From an uncultured Clostridia bacterium (GTDB lineage Bacteria; Bacillota; Clostridia; Christensenellales; UBA1242), in NCBI GenBank assembly GCA_945919375.1, contig CAMEJD010000004.1, positions 27,443-91,442 of the forward strand: a stretch of DNA of 64,000 nt, read 5' to 3'. Shown piece after piece: positions 46,629 to 55,628 of this stretch. How positions within the stretch are numbered: the stretch's first letter is position 1; every line of letters starts with the position of its first letter. The notes below the pieces were generated by a model. The model did not search any database. It worked only from the letters and a program-made list of their open reading frames with translations, and was not told the DNA's origin. The translations under genes were made by a program, and so were the position numbers.

Positions 46629-47812
46629 TTAGTGGCCTACTTGCCACCATGCCAACTGGTCTTTGGGAAAAGATTATTGTTGCATTTGAAAATGCTTTTG
46701 GTTCATTTGCTCTTTCAATTATTGTGCTTACAGTTATCATTAAATTGATTATGTCACCTATTGACTTTTTCAATAGAAGAACAAACAAAAAAATGGCAAC
46801 TATGCAACAAAAAATTCAAGGGCAAGTTGAAGCAATAAACAAAAAATATGCAAATGACAGCAAAACAAAAAACCAAAAACTTGGCGAACTCTACCAAAGA
46901 GAAAAAATCAATCCAATTAGTTCGTGTTTGACAATGCTTATCAATCTTGGTTTAACTTTTGCAATATTTATTACTTTGCTTAATGGTATGAATGCAATGG
47001 CTTCATACAAAATTACAACCGAATTTGAAACATTACAACAAGAATATGTTTTAAGTTATGTAACTGAGACTTATTCAAAAAACATATATGAAGAAGTTAA
47101 AGCAAACCCCGACAAGTCGGTGTATGAAATTTGCAAACCATATATTGACGAAATGAATGCAATAGAAAACGAAGAAACAAAAAACGGAGTTTTGGCTATT
47201 GCAAATGAAAATGTGGCAAAAAAACATAAAGAAATCAAAGAGAGTTTTTTGTGGATAGACAATATTTGGATTGCAGATAGTCCATTCCAAAATTCAATTC
47301 CGTCTTTTGATAGTTTTGCAGGGACTGCAAAACTTACAAAAGACCAAAAAACTGATGAATACAAACAAATGTATGAACAAATAATGAATCCTCTTCGTGA
47401 AACAAACGGAAGAGCTAACGGATACTTTATTTTGCTTATACTATGTGCAGGGCTTTCATTTTTGAACCAATGGCTCATGATGAAAAAACAAAAGCAAGAA
47501 AACCCACAAGCACCGGCAAACAAAGCAATGCTTGTTATTATGCCAATATTTATGGGAATATTTACTTTGTTCTACACAACAATGTTTGCATTATATCTTG
47601 TGTCCTCGCAAGTTGTAAGTATTGCTCTTACTCCACTAATCAACTTAATAAGTGACAAGTGTGACAAAAGGCAACAAGCAAAAAAAGACGACAAGCTGTC
47701 TTTGAAAAGAATGGAAAGAGTTATAACAATAAAAGAAGAAAACGCTCAACCAAAAGAAAGCAAAAAAAGTAATAAAAACAAAAAATCCGATGACGAATTA
47801 AAAAAGATTTAA
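46616..47812 (+). CDS. yidC: Membrane protein insertase YidC/Oxa1 family
   Basis: It has multiple TM segments, a MATMQQKIQ...LGELYQREKINP motif and a basic C-terminal tail. The synteny is conserved. Confidence 0.9.
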   Translation: MDSIISGLLATMPTGLWEKIIVAFENAFGSFALSIIVLTVIIKLIMSPIDFFNRRTNKKMATMQQKIQGQVEAINKKYANDSKTKNQKLGELYQREKINPISSCLTMLINLGLTFAIFITLLNGMNAMASYKITTEFETLQQEYVLSYVTETYSKNIYEEVKANPDKSVYEICKPYIDEMNAIENEETKNGVLAIANENVAKKHKEIKESFLWIDNIWIADSPFQNSIPSFDSFAGTAKLTKDQKTDEYKQMYEQIMNPLRETNGRANGYFILLILCAGLSFLNQWLMMKKQKQENPQAPANKAMLVIMPIFMGIFTLFYTTMFALYLVSSQVVSIALTPLINLISDKCDKRQQAKKDDKLSLKRMERVITIKEENAQPKESKKSNKNKKSDDELKKI

Positions 47813-48636
47813 TGGAGGGAATTATGTTAAGTGTTGAAGCAACAGGCAAAAACATTGAACAAGCAATAGAAAATGCCCTATTTGAACTAAAAGCGCCAAG
47901 AGAAGATGTTGAAATAAAAATATTGGAACAAGGTGGCTTTTTCAAAAAAGCAAAAGTATTAGTTTCAATTTCGCCAGAAGAAGTTGAAAAATACGAAAAG
48001 AGAGATAAACAAAGAGAAGAACTAGCAAAAAAACCTTCTTTTGAAGAAGAAAAGGAAGAAAAAGTTAGTTCAATTATTCCAACAAAAGAAGAACTTGAAG
48101 AACAACCAATCGAAAAAGAAAAGGATGTTGAAGAAGAAGTTGAAACAATCACATCAAAAGTGAAAGAAGACAAAAAAGAAAAAACTTTGCCAGATGCAAA
48201 GAAAGCAGAAATTTTTGTCAAAGGACTTTTGAATAAAGTTAGTTTAACTGCTGACCTTGAAATAAAAGAAACCGAAGATGAAGTGTTTATCAATATTCTA
48301 GGTTCAAGTGATTTGATTGGTTATCGTGGCGAAGGACTTAATGCCCTTCAATACTTGACAAGTGTTTATGTTGGAAAGAATAACAGACACGCAAAGAAAA
48401 TAAGAATTGATTGCGATAATTATCGTGCAAGAAGAGAAGAATCTTTAATCGCACTTGCAAATCGTATGGCAAAAAAAGTTGAGAGAACACATCAAAGTGT
48501 AAAACTTGAGCCAATGACTGCAAATGAAAGAAGAATTATTCACACTGCCCTTGCAGATAATGAATATGTTGAAACATATTCAAAAGGTGAAGAACCACAC
48601 AGATATTTAATTATTAAACCAAAAGAAAATAATTAA
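47812..48636 (+). CDS. jag: Jag/KhpB RNA-binding protein (Jag_N, KH, R3H)
   Basis: The N-terminus is VEATGKNIEQAIENAL. The R3H region is LEPMTANERRIIHTALAD. It lies directly after yidC with a 1-nt overlap. Confidence 0.9.
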   Translation: MEGIMLSVEATGKNIEQAIENALFELKAPREDVEIKILEQGGFFKKAKVLVSISPEEVEKYEKRDKQREELAKKPSFEEEKEEKVSSIIPTKEELEEQPIEKEKDVEEEVETITSKVKEDKKEKTLPDAKKAEIFVKGLLNKVSLTADLEIKETEDEVFINILGSSDLIGYRGEGLNALQYLTSVYVGKNNRHAKKIRIDCDNYRARREESLIALANRMAKKVERTHQSVKLEPMTANERRIIHTALADNEYVETYSKGEEPHRYLIIKPKENN

Positions 48637-48640
48637 CAAA

Positions 48641-48671
48641 AAGACTCACATATTTTATGTGAGTTTTTTTG
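48641..48671 (+). terminator. Intrinsic terminator after jag
   Basis: The stem pairs actcacat (48644-48651) with atgtgagt (48657-48664). A run of seven T follows. Confidence 0.75.
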
Positions 48672-48677
48672 TGAATA

Positions 48678-48706
48678 TTGACACAAATGCTCAAAAGTGG
48701 TAGCAT
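48678..48706 (+). promoter_or_regulatory. Candidate promoter for the second kinase-like gene pair
   Basis: TTGACA (48678-48683) is followed by a 17-nt spacer and TAGCAT (48701-48706). A GGAG sequence lies upstream of the TTG start at 48724. Confidence 0.4.
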
Positions 48707-48723
48707 AATTACGGAGAAAGATT

Positions 48724-49701
48724 TTGTTAAAAAACACATATAAGTATGGGTATATAAAACTTGCGAAAGGAATAAATTTGGCGGACATAAAAACCAAGTA
48801 TAGATTTTTTGGTAAGATTGGAATAAGTACGGCAGACTTTGGCAAAAAATGGTATTGCTTGCCAAATGGAAAAGGTATTTTTAAAACTTTTAATGGTATT
48901 TCTTATTTTACCATAAGAGAAAATAGAATAATTAACGAGTTTATTTGCGCTGAACTTTGCAAACAAGTTGGTATTTCCGCTCCAAAACTTGAGCCAGCAA
49001 CACTAAACAACATTAGTGGACTTATTTCTTATAATGTTATTTCAAACAAGCACCAAAAACTTTTAACGGCAGAAGAATTGTTTAACAAACTAGACTATCC
49101 TATATCAAATGAACTTGTTGATTTTAAAGCAGCATTTAATATATTAAGGAGTAAAAATTATAATATTGATGTAAAAAAATCAACATTGGACATATATAGA
49201 ATTGCAGTGTTTGACACTATAACAATGCAAACTGATAGACATATAAACAACATATTCTTTTTGATTGACAAAAAAACAAAAGAAGTTAAAGTTGCTCCAC
49301 TTATTGACAATGAATTTGCTTTTTTTGGTCAAGGAATTAAAAAGGTTATTAAAGACAAACAAACTGATATAAAAGAAGATATAATGCCTAATTATGTCAA
49401 GTTTGCAAAAATTATTCAAACATCAAGGAATATGAAACCTTTTGAGTATGATGCTCCAGAAAAGAACATTGTAGATTGTGCTCTATCCCACAGAGGATTT
49501 AATGTTGTTTTAAAGGATGTGTTAAAAAAACTTGACCCACAAAGTGCAATTGAAAATGTAAGAAAACTTGGGTATAAAATTCCTGACGAATATGAAGAAT
49601 ACATCACTGAAATTATTAACACAACAAGAAACATAACAATAAAAGAATATCAAAAGCAACTTAAAGAAAGACATCTTGAAGATGACGAAATTTGTAAGTA
49701 G
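48724..49701 (+). CDS. HipA_C / PI3-PI4-kinase-like atypical kinase (paralog family, member 3)
   Basis: It has a TTG start. The motifs are GIFKTF, RIINEFICAELCKQVG, TMQTDRHINNIFFL and VAPLIDNEFAF. Confidence 0.6.
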   Translation: MLKNTYKYGYIKLAKGINLADIKTKYRFFGKIGISTADFGKKWYCLPNGKGIFKTFNGISYFTIRENRIINEFICAELCKQVGISAPKLEPATLNNISGLISYNVISNKHQKLLTAEELFNKLDYPISNELVDFKAAFNILRSKNYNIDVKKSTLDIYRIAVFDTITMQTDRHINNIFFLIDKKTKEVKVAPLIDNEFAFFGQGIKKVIKDKQTDIKEDIMPNYVKFAKIIQTSRNMKPFEYDAPEKNIVDCALSHRGFNVVLKDVLKKLDPQSAIENVRKLGYKIPDEYEEYITEIINTTRNITIKEYQKQLKERHLEDDEICK

Positions 49702-49710
49702 GAGACATTC

Positions 49711-50697
49711 ATGAAAACAATTTTAAAGAACACAGAAAAATATAGCAACATAAAATTGGCAAAAGGTTTGCTCCTTGACGATTCAAAAACAATAAAACGT
49801 GCTGGTGAATGTGGTGTTTCAACAGGAAAATATGGACTTAGATGGTTTTGTTTGCCAAAAGGTAAAGCAATATTCAAAACATATGACGGTATATTTTGTT
49901 TTGATATAAGACAAAATAGAATTATAAATGAATTGGTTTGCAAAGAACTTTGTAATCAAGTTGGCATAGAATGCCCTGAAATTGAGCCTGCAAGCAAAAA
50001 TGGTGTTGAGGGAATTGTGTCATATAATGTTGCAAAAAACGGGAAAAAACTTATCAATGCAATAAGGCTTGGTAATATGGCACACTTTAATAGTTTTTCA
50101 AATTCCATTGAGGACTATGCTTATATGGTTGATGAACTTGAAGCATATGGCTACAAAATTGATAAGCAAAAATTTGTTGAGGATATGTACAAAATTTGCA
50201 TTTTTGATTTCATCACAATGCAAACGGATAGACACGAATGTAATATGTTTTTTATAAAGTACCCAAAAACAAGAGAAATAACAGTCGCCCCACTTATTGA
50301 CAATGAGTTTGCGTTTTGTGGGAAAAAACTAATTTCATATATAAGCAAAAGATATATAAACATTGACGAAGACATAAAAAAGACATATCAAATGTTTGCA
50401 AACCATATGACAGTAAAAAGCAATTTTGGTTCTGATTTTGATACTATGGCAACAGAAATAGTTAATCTTGCAAAAAATGACAAAAATTTTGACAAAATAC
50501 TAAAAAATATAATAGATAAATTAGATATAAAAAATGCAATAAAAAATGTTGAAAAAATGGGTTATGAAATTTCGCCAGAATACAAAGAATATCTTGCAGA
50601 AATAGTAGAATGTTCAACAAAATATATATTAAATAAATATAAAGAAATAAAGCCAAATAAATCAAAATATAACCAAGAATATGAATTATTATATTAA
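49711..50697 (+). CDS. HipA_C / PI3-PI4-kinase-like atypical kinase (paralog family, member 4)
   Basis: The motifs are AIFKTY, RIINELVCKELCNQVG, TMQTDRHECNMFFI and VAPLIDNEFAF. A GGAG sequence lies upstream of the start. Confidence 0.6.
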   Translation: MKTILKNTEKYSNIKLAKGLLLDDSKTIKRAGECGVSTGKYGLRWFCLPKGKAIFKTYDGIFCFDIRQNRIINELVCKELCNQVGIECPEIEPASKNGVEGIVSYNVAKNGKKLINAIRLGNMAHFNSFSNSIEDYAYMVDELEAYGYKIDKQKFVEDMYKICIFDFITMQTDRHECNMFFIKYPKTREITVAPLIDNEFAFCGKKLISYISKRYINIDEDIKKTYQMFANHMTVKSNFGSDFDTMATEIVNLAKNDKNFDKILKNIIDKLDIKNAIKNVEKMGYEISPEYKEYLAEIVECSTKYILNKYKEIKPNKSKYNQEYELLY

Positions 50698-50715
50698 ATA
50701 TAATAAAAATAACAA

Positions 50716-50750
50716 AAAAATCTATAAATATATTTTTATAGATTTTTTTA
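50716..50750. terminator. AT-rich bidirectional terminator hairpin
   Basis: The stem pairs tctataaa (50721-50728) with tttataga (50735-50742). An A-run and a T-run flank it. Confidence 0.4.
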
Positions 50751-50752
50751 TT

Positions 50753-52087
50753 TTATTTTCCCAAACAAAATTTTGAGAATATTGCAGTTAATATATCATC
50801 CGTTGCATTTTCACCTGTTATTTTTCCAAGTTCAAGCCAAACTCGTTTTGCTTCCATATCAACCAAATCGGCAGTACCTGTTTTTGCAACTTCAATTGCA
50901 TTGTTTGTAAGGTCAATTGCTGTTTTTATAATTTCAATGTGCCTTTTGTTTGTAAGATAAACTTGCGAAAAGTCAATTTTATTAAGCCTTGCCATTTCAA
51001 TTATACGATCTTTTATCTCGTCAATATTTTTGTTTTCGTTTGCACAAACATAAACGGCATTATCAATTTTTGTAACAATCTTTTTGTCGGTTTTGTTTAA
51101 TACATAAATAACATTTTTGTCTTTAACAAGATCAAGAAGTTTGTTATCTTCGTCATCAAGTGGTTCACTTGAATCAAACACACATAAAACTATATCACTA
51201 TTTTTTATTGCGTTTATTGACCTATCTACACCAATTTTTTCAACTACATCGTCACTTTCTCTAATTCCGGCAGTGTCAATAAAATTGATTTTAAAACCTT
51301 TATACGAAATTGTTTCCTTTAAAATATCTCTTGTTGTGCCTTTTATGTCGGTTACAATTGCTCTATCTTCACCAAGCAAGCAATTAAGCAAACTAGATTT
51401 GCCAACATTTGGTTTGCCTACAATTGAAACATTTATTCCAAACTTTATTTGCTCACCTGTTTTTGCAGTTTTTAATAGATTATTCAAAATGTCTCTTGAA
51501 GAAATTAAGACATTTTGAACATCTTTGATTGACATTTCTTCGTCATCGTGTTCTGGATAGTCAAGGGCAACTTCCAAATTTACCAAGCAGTCTTTTATTT
51601 TGTTTTGAATATCAACAACTTGCTTTTTAAGTTTTCCATCGGCAAGCAAACTTGATGCCTTAATTTCGGCATCGCTTGTTGCATTTATCATATCAATTGT
51701 TGCTTCGGCTTCATCAAGTGACATTTTCCCATTCATAAATGCTCTTTTTGAAAATTCCCCATTTTCTGCAAGTTTACAACCGGAAATAACTAACTTATCC
51801 AAAATTTTTGTTGCCAAAAATTCCCCACCATGAATTTGAAATTCAACAACATCTTCACCGGTAAAGGAAAAAGGTGCTTTAAAATATACCATCATACAAC
51901 GTTCTTTTGCATCTTCGTTAATTTTAAATTTCCCAAGATATAACTTTCGTGGTTCAATATTCTCTTTTGTTAAATTTTTTGATGAAAAAAGGTCAAAGGC
52001 AATATCTTTTGCCTTGTCACCACTCATTCTTATTATTGCAATCCCGCCACTGCCAAGTGGTGTTGATATTTGTGCTATTGTTTCCAT
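50753..52087 (-). CDS. mnmE: tRNA modification GTPase MnmE
   Basis: The N-terminus is IAQISTPLGSGGIAIIRMSG, the G1 motif is GKPNVGKSSLLN, and the C-terminus is FCLGK. Confidence 0.93.
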   Translation of the reverse strand: METIAQISTPLGSGGIAIIRMSGDKAKDIAFDLFSSKNLTKENIEPRKLYLGKFKINEDAKERCMMVYFKAPFSFTGEDVVEFQIHGGEFLATKILDKLVISGCKLAENGEFSKRAFMNGKMSLDEAEATIDMINATSDAEIKASSLLADGKLKKQVVDIQNKIKDCLVNLEVALDYPEHDDEEMSIKDVQNVLISSRDILNNLLKTAKTGEQIKFGINVSIVGKPNVGKSSLLNCLLGEDRAIVTDIKGTTRDILKETISYKGFKINFIDTAGIRESDDVVEKIGVDRSINAIKNSDIVLCVFDSSEPLDDEDNKLLDLVKDKNVIYVLNKTDKKIVTKIDNAVYVCANENKNIDEIKDRIIEMARLNKIDFSQVYLTNKRHIEIIKTAIDLTNNAIEVAKTGTADLVDMEAKRVWLELGKITGENATDDILTAIFSKFCLGK

Positions 52088-52163
52088 ATTTTTATTATAA
52101 CATAAAAAAATGTTTTGTTAAAATATTTTTATATGACAACATTTGAATTGAGATATATTATAT

Positions 52164-52191
52164 AAAAAAAGGTTGTAAGAATTTTACAACC
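52164..52191 (-). terminator. Intrinsic terminator after the aminopeptidase gene
   Basis: On the minus strand, the hairpin ggttgtaa-aattc-ttacaacc is followed by seven T. Confidence 0.7.
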
Positions 52192-52199
52192 AAATAGAA

Positions 52200-53576
52200 T
52201 TACATTTTATAAAAACTTTTATAGCATAGATAACTCTCGTATATATCAACCTTGCTTGCAATTTCCCAAGGTGCGTGCATATTAAGAAGTGGGACACCTG
52301 CATCGATGACTTCCATTCCATAGCCCGCCATAATGTATGCAATTGTTCCACCGCCACCAGCATCAACCTTTCCCATTTCGGTTGCTTGGTAAAACACATT
52401 GTCGTTATCCAAAATATTTCTTAGTTTTGCAATAAATTCTGGGTTTGCATCATTTGCATCATATTTCCCACGACTTCCTGTATATTTGTTAAATGCGATT
52501 CCTCTGCAAAGGTATGCATCAGTTTTTTCATTCATTGGCGTTGGATAGTTTGGGTCAAAGCCTGCCGTAACATCGCTGGATAGCATTCTTGACTTATTCA
52601 GTGCTCTACGCATATTTAGTTCGTTATATTGCCCTGCAAGGTTCATTATTTCGGCAATGGAATTTTCAAAAAATTTACTACTCATTCCTGTTGCTCCAAC
52701 ACTTCCAATTTCTTCTTTGTCAACAAGCATACAAATTGAAGTTGTTTTTGGATTATTAACATCAAGTATTGCATTAAGAGCAGTAAATGCACACACTCTG
52801 TCATCTTGCCCATAACCCATAATCATACTTTTGTCAAGTCCAAAATCTCTTGCTTTTCCGCTTGGGACAATTTCTATTTCGGCAGAGAACAAATCTTCTT
52901 CATCAATATTATATTGTTTTAGTATCTTTAAAATGTTGGATTTAACTTTGTCTTTTTCTTTTGTGTTACTATCCGGAATACTCCCAACCAAAACATTAAG
53001 GTCCTCACCTTTTATGTCTTTTTTGTTTTCTTTTTCCTTGCTTTCAAGGTGTGGTAATAAATCACTTATTCCAAAAACAAAATCACTATCATCTTCGCCC
53101 AAAACCAACTTTATTTTTTCACCATTCTTTTTTACAACAACACCATGCATTGCAAGTGGCAACGCTGTCCATTGATATTTTTTTATTCCACCATAGTAGT
53201 GAGTGTCAAAAAGGCAAAGGCCATTGTTTTCGTACACTGGTGTTGCTTTAAGGTCAAGTCTTGGACTATCAATATGTGCACCGATAAGATTCATTCCTTT
53301 TAACATTGGTTCGCTTCCGATTACCATAAGAAGAATTGCTTTCCCCATATTTACTGAATATACTTTGTCGCCTGCTTTTAACTTTTTGTTTTCCAAAATT
53401 GCTTTTTCAAGGTTAATAAAACCATTTTTTTCTGCAACGCTTACAGTGTATTCAATGCATTCCCTTTCTGTTTTATGTGTTGATAAAAACTTTTTGTAAT
53501 CTTCACAAAAAACATTCATTGCATTTGTTTTTTCTTCATTATATTTTATCCAAATATTTTCCATACTAACTCCCAA
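52200..53576 (-). CDS. M18-family aminopeptidase
   Basis: The motifs are GAHIDSPRLDLK, DKEEIGS and NMHAPWE. The likely start is the MENIWIK ATG at 53564. Confidence 0.8.
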   Translation of the reverse strand: MGVSMENIWIKYNEEKTNAMNVFCEDYKKFLSTHKTERECIEYTVSVAEKNGFINLEKAILENKKLKAGDKVYSVNMGKAILLMVIGSEPMLKGMNLIGAHIDSPRLDLKATPVYENNGLCLFDTHYYGGIKKYQWTALPLAMHGVVVKKNGEKIKLVLGEDDSDFVFGISDLLPHLESKEKENKKDIKGEDLNVLVGSIPDSNTKEKDKVKSNILKILKQYNIDEEDLFSAEIEIVPSGKARDFGLDKSMIMGYGQDDRVCAFTALNAILDVNNPKTTSICMLVDKEEIGSVGATGMSSKFFENSIAEIMNLAGQYNELNMRRALNKSRMLSSDVTAGFDPNYPTPMNEKTDAYLCRGIAFNKYTGSRGKYDANDANPEFIAKLRNILDNDNVFYQATEMGKVDAGGGGTIAYIMAGYGMEVIDAGVPLLNMHAPWEIASKVDIYESYLCYKSFYKM

Positions 53577-53632
53577 AATTATTTTAACCTAAAATTGCCT
53601 AAATAATCAAACAATAAACTAAAAAAGAGATG

Positions 53633-54376
53633 TTAGTCATCCCTTTTTGAATGTGACATAAAGAATAATATAAATCTTAATAGTTGCAAAATTGACACAA
53701 GCAAGGCGGCAACATAAGTTTTTGCGGCTGCGGACAATACTTTTTTTGCCCCCTTTACTTCCATTTCGTCAACGCAACCGGTTGAAACTAGCAAAGAAAG
53801 TGCTCTTTTTGATGCATTTATTTCAACAGGCAAAGTTACAAGTGAAAACAACATACTAACACCAAAGAATGCAACGCCTGCCCATAAGAATGCTTTTCCA
53901 ACAATCCCACCAATATATGCAAAATCAAGAACGATTCCGATTAACACAAGTGGCCAAACAAAATATGACATAAAATTGCTTACATGAACAAGTGCTGTTC
54001 TAACCTTCATTGGTTTATATTCTTGGGCATATTGAATTGCATGTCCCGTTTCGTGGGCTGCGACTCCCAAAGCAGAAATTGATGTTGAATCATATACTTT
54101 TGATGATAATGTGATAATGTTTGTTTGGGGATTAAAGTTGTCAACAAGTTCACTATCTTCGCTTTTTTGTATTGTAACACCAATAATTCCTTGTGACTCC
54201 AAAATTCTCCTAACACATTCTGCCCCAGTAATGTTTTTTGAAGAAACAACTTTTTCGTATTTAGAAAATGTTGTGTTGACTTTTATGCTGACAATTGTTG
54301 CATAAATAATTCCGGGAATTAAAATTAACCCCATTAGTGTGTATTCCAAATATTCAGGTGAAAACATAACCCACAT
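53633..54376 (-). CDS. Membrane zinc metallopeptidase (YugP / Zn_peptidase_2-like)
   Basis: It has an HExxH motif (AAHETGHAIQYAQ) and flanking TM helices. Confidence 0.75.
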   Translation of the reverse strand: MWVMFSPEYLEYTLMGLILIPGIIYATIVSIKVNTTFSKYEKVVSSKNITGAECVRRILESQGIIGVTIQKSEDSELVDNFNPQTNIITLSSKVYDSTSISALGVAAHETGHAIQYAQEYKPMKVRTALVHVSNFMSYFVWPLVLIGIVLDFAYIGGIVGKAFLWAGVAFFGVSMLFSLVTLPVEINASKRALSLLVSTGCVDEMEVKGAKKVLSAAAKTYVAALLVSILQLLRFILFFMSHSKRDD

Positions 54377-54391
54377 AAAATAAATCTCCTT

Positions 54392-55138
54392 TTAGTAAAA
54401 ATCATATTTTTTGACAAGCATTGTCCAACCGACAAGACTTTTTAAAAATGATGATATATATGTTAATTTTGCTGCAGAAAGCACTTTTTTTGCGTCTTTT
54501 ATGCTCTCTTCATCAAAGTCAGCATATTTTTTTAATAATTCTATTGCATTTTCTGATGCTTCTTTTTCTATTCTTATGGTGCTTAGTTTTGCAAATAATC
54601 CTATTAAAAATGTTATTATGCTTGCAACTGCAAAACTGATTGCAAACCAAAAGTTTATGAACATAAGTATTATTCCAATAACAAAAAGTGGCATTGTAAA
54701 TTTTGTAACAGTTTTTGAAATAACAAGATTTGCACTAAATTTTTTCATTTTTTTGGGTGTGTCACGATATTGAATTGCGTGACCTAATTCGTGACAAGCA
54801 ACAGCAAATGCTGAAATGCTTGAAGAATCGTATACATCTTGACTTAAATATATTGTTCCATTGTAATAGTAGTCCGACAAAAAACCTTGTGTTTTTTCTA
54901 CTGCAATTTTTCCATTAAACTCTTGATTTGAAATTGTGCTAGCAAGTTCGTGTGTCTTTAAAAAACTAGAATATGTGTTTTTGTACTGATTATACACTGT
55001 AAGCAAGTTCTCCCCGGCATAATTAGTAATTGCCAAACTTACAAGAATAAATAACACAAACACGCTTACAAGACAAATAATGATTATTGTATTTACGTCC
55101 ATACATATTATAATGTAAAATTTTGATAAAAATGTCAA
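54392..55138 (-). CDS. Membrane zinc metallopeptidase (YugP-like), tandem paralog
   Basis: It has an HExxH motif (ACHELGHAIQYRD). The likely start is the MDVNTI ATG at 55102. Confidence 0.75.
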   Translation of the reverse strand: MTFLSKFYIIICMDVNTIIIICLVSVFVLFILVSLAITNYAGENLLTVYNQYKNTYSSFLKTHELASTISNQEFNGKIAVEKTQGFLSDYYYNGTIYLSQDVYDSSSISAFAVACHELGHAIQYRDTPKKMKKFSANLVISKTVTKFTMPLFVIGIILMFINFWFAISFAVASIITFLIGLFAKLSTIRIEKEASENAIELLKKYADFDEESIKDAKKVLSAAKLTYISSFLKSLVGWTMLVKKYDFY

Positions 55139-55280
55139 ATAAAATAAATCTATATGGCAAATTTAATGAAAAAAGAATTATAGTTTCAAATATTGATTTT
55201 AAAAGAATGTTTATTTGAAATATAGTAACATATTAACAGTTGTTTAAAATTCGTCAAATTTGCATTTTTTGTTACAATTT

Positions 55281-55410
55281 TTAGTATAAAAATTAGTATA
55301 CTAACTTAAAACTCTACACACCTTTTGTTATATGGAATTAAGCCACTTTTAAATTACCTAAAATTTGCATAAAATACTGCAAAAATTAGTATAAATTTTA
55401 GTATACTAAC
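55281..55410. repeat. Two copies of TTAGTATAAAwwTTAGTATACTAAC, each containing the 12-bp palindrome TTAGTATACTAA
   Basis: The copies lie at 55281-55305 and 55386-55410. The palindromes lie at 55293-55304 and 55398-55409. They sit in the spacer between tRNA-Leu and the peptidase operon. Confidence 0.7.
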
Positions 55411-55413
55411 TAT

Positions 55414-55447
55414 AAAAAAAGAGATACAGCAAAAACTCTGTATCCCT
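55414..55447 (-). terminator. Intrinsic terminator after tRNA-Leu
   Basis: On the minus strand, the hairpin gggatacag-agtttttg-ctgtatctc is followed by seven T. Confidence 0.7.
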
Positions 55448-55463
55448 TTATTTATATGCATTT

Positions 55464-55545
55464 TGGTGCGAGTAACGAGACTTGAACTCATACGATTTCT
55501 CACTTGCCCCTTAAACAAGCGCGTCTACCATTCCGCCATACTCGC
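55464..55545 (-). tRNA. tRNA-Leu (class II, long variable arm), anticodon AAG in the canonical register
   Basis: The reverse complement is GCGAGTATGGCGGAATGGTAGACGCGCTTGTTTAAGGGGCAAGTGAGAAATCGTATGAGTTCAAGTCTCGTTACTCGCACCA. It folds with a 7-bp acceptor stem, a D loop AATGGTAGA and an anticodon stem CTTGT/GCAAG. The anticodon loop is TTAAGGG, the variable arm is 11 nt, the T loop is TTCAAGT, the discriminator is A, and CCA is encoded. It aligns well with the E. coli tRNA-Leu(CAG) sequence as I recall it. Confidence 0.9.
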
Positions 55546-55599
55546 ATAAACATATTAAATTTGTATTATTATATATGTATATATCTAATGCACTTTTGT

Positions 55600-55628
55600 A
55601 TATTAACATTAAATAAAATTGTTGTCAA
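55600..55628 (-). promoter_or_regulatory. Candidate promoter for tRNA-Leu
   Basis: On the minus strand, TTGACA (complement of 55623-55628) is followed by a 17-nt spacer and TAATAT (complement of 55600-55605). Confidence 0.45.

Noticed and set aside
47721-48293. A 190-aa Ser-rich minus-strand ORF
   Set aside because: It lies antisense to the E/K-rich linker of jag and the yidC tail. It is a compositional shadow ORF.
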